DNA from: Raillietiella orientalis
Taxonomy: Eukaryota
Reading direction: 5' to 3'
Assembly: GCA_036172245.1 (NCBI GenBank)
Contig: JAYWIR010000020.1
Location: 1,178,001 to 1,242,000 of the forward strand
Length of the DNA stretch: 64,000 bases
Of this stretch, positions 63,901 through 64,000 are shown piece by piece. The stretch's first letter is position 1. Each line of letters starts with the position of its first letter. The notes beneath the pieces were generated by a model, which made no database searches, had not been told where the DNA came from, and saw only the letters and a list, made by a program, of their open reading frames with translations. The position numbers and the translations under genes were made by a program.

Positions 63901-64000
63901 TAATCCCGTAGCGTCTTTGAGAACGGGTAAGAATTTCGCGAGATAACGCAAAGCGGCGCATGATACACGATCTCACTTTCAGCATCCGAGAATCTGTGAG

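Noticed and set aside
1..64000. CRISPR array, rRNA, prokaryotic operon or defence system
   Set aside because: No regularly spaced repeats, rRNA motifs or dense gene packing; the sequence is intron-rich eukaryotic DNA.

Overview
Eukaryotic, probably arthropod, genomic DNA. The only intact protein-coding sequence I can support is the large first coding exon of a Shal/Kv4 voltage-gated K+ channel (minus strand, 28310-29424). It runs from the N-terminus and T1 domain through S1-S5 into the pore, ending at a GTGAGT donor inside the TTLG|YGD signature. I found no second exon, so 1-28309 is most likely a >28 kb intron. That intron and the upstream region hold many heavily decayed non-LTR retrotransposons (R1/LOA-like APE-RT-RNase H-CCHC and CR1/L2-like RT relics), recognised only from frameshifted motif remnants; most intronic ones lie in the same orientation as Shal. 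Upstream of Shal are a 3'-truncated, mutated U6 snRNA copy (30767-30848), a disrupted Delta/Epsilon GST fragment (~49348-49590), a frameshifted malic enzyme fragment (55101-55557) and a tRNA-derived SINE-like element inside a LINE relic. No CRISPR array, rRNA, intact tRNA or intact transposon was seen, and I found no clear new multi-gene system. All motif matches were made by eye from manual translation, without database searches.
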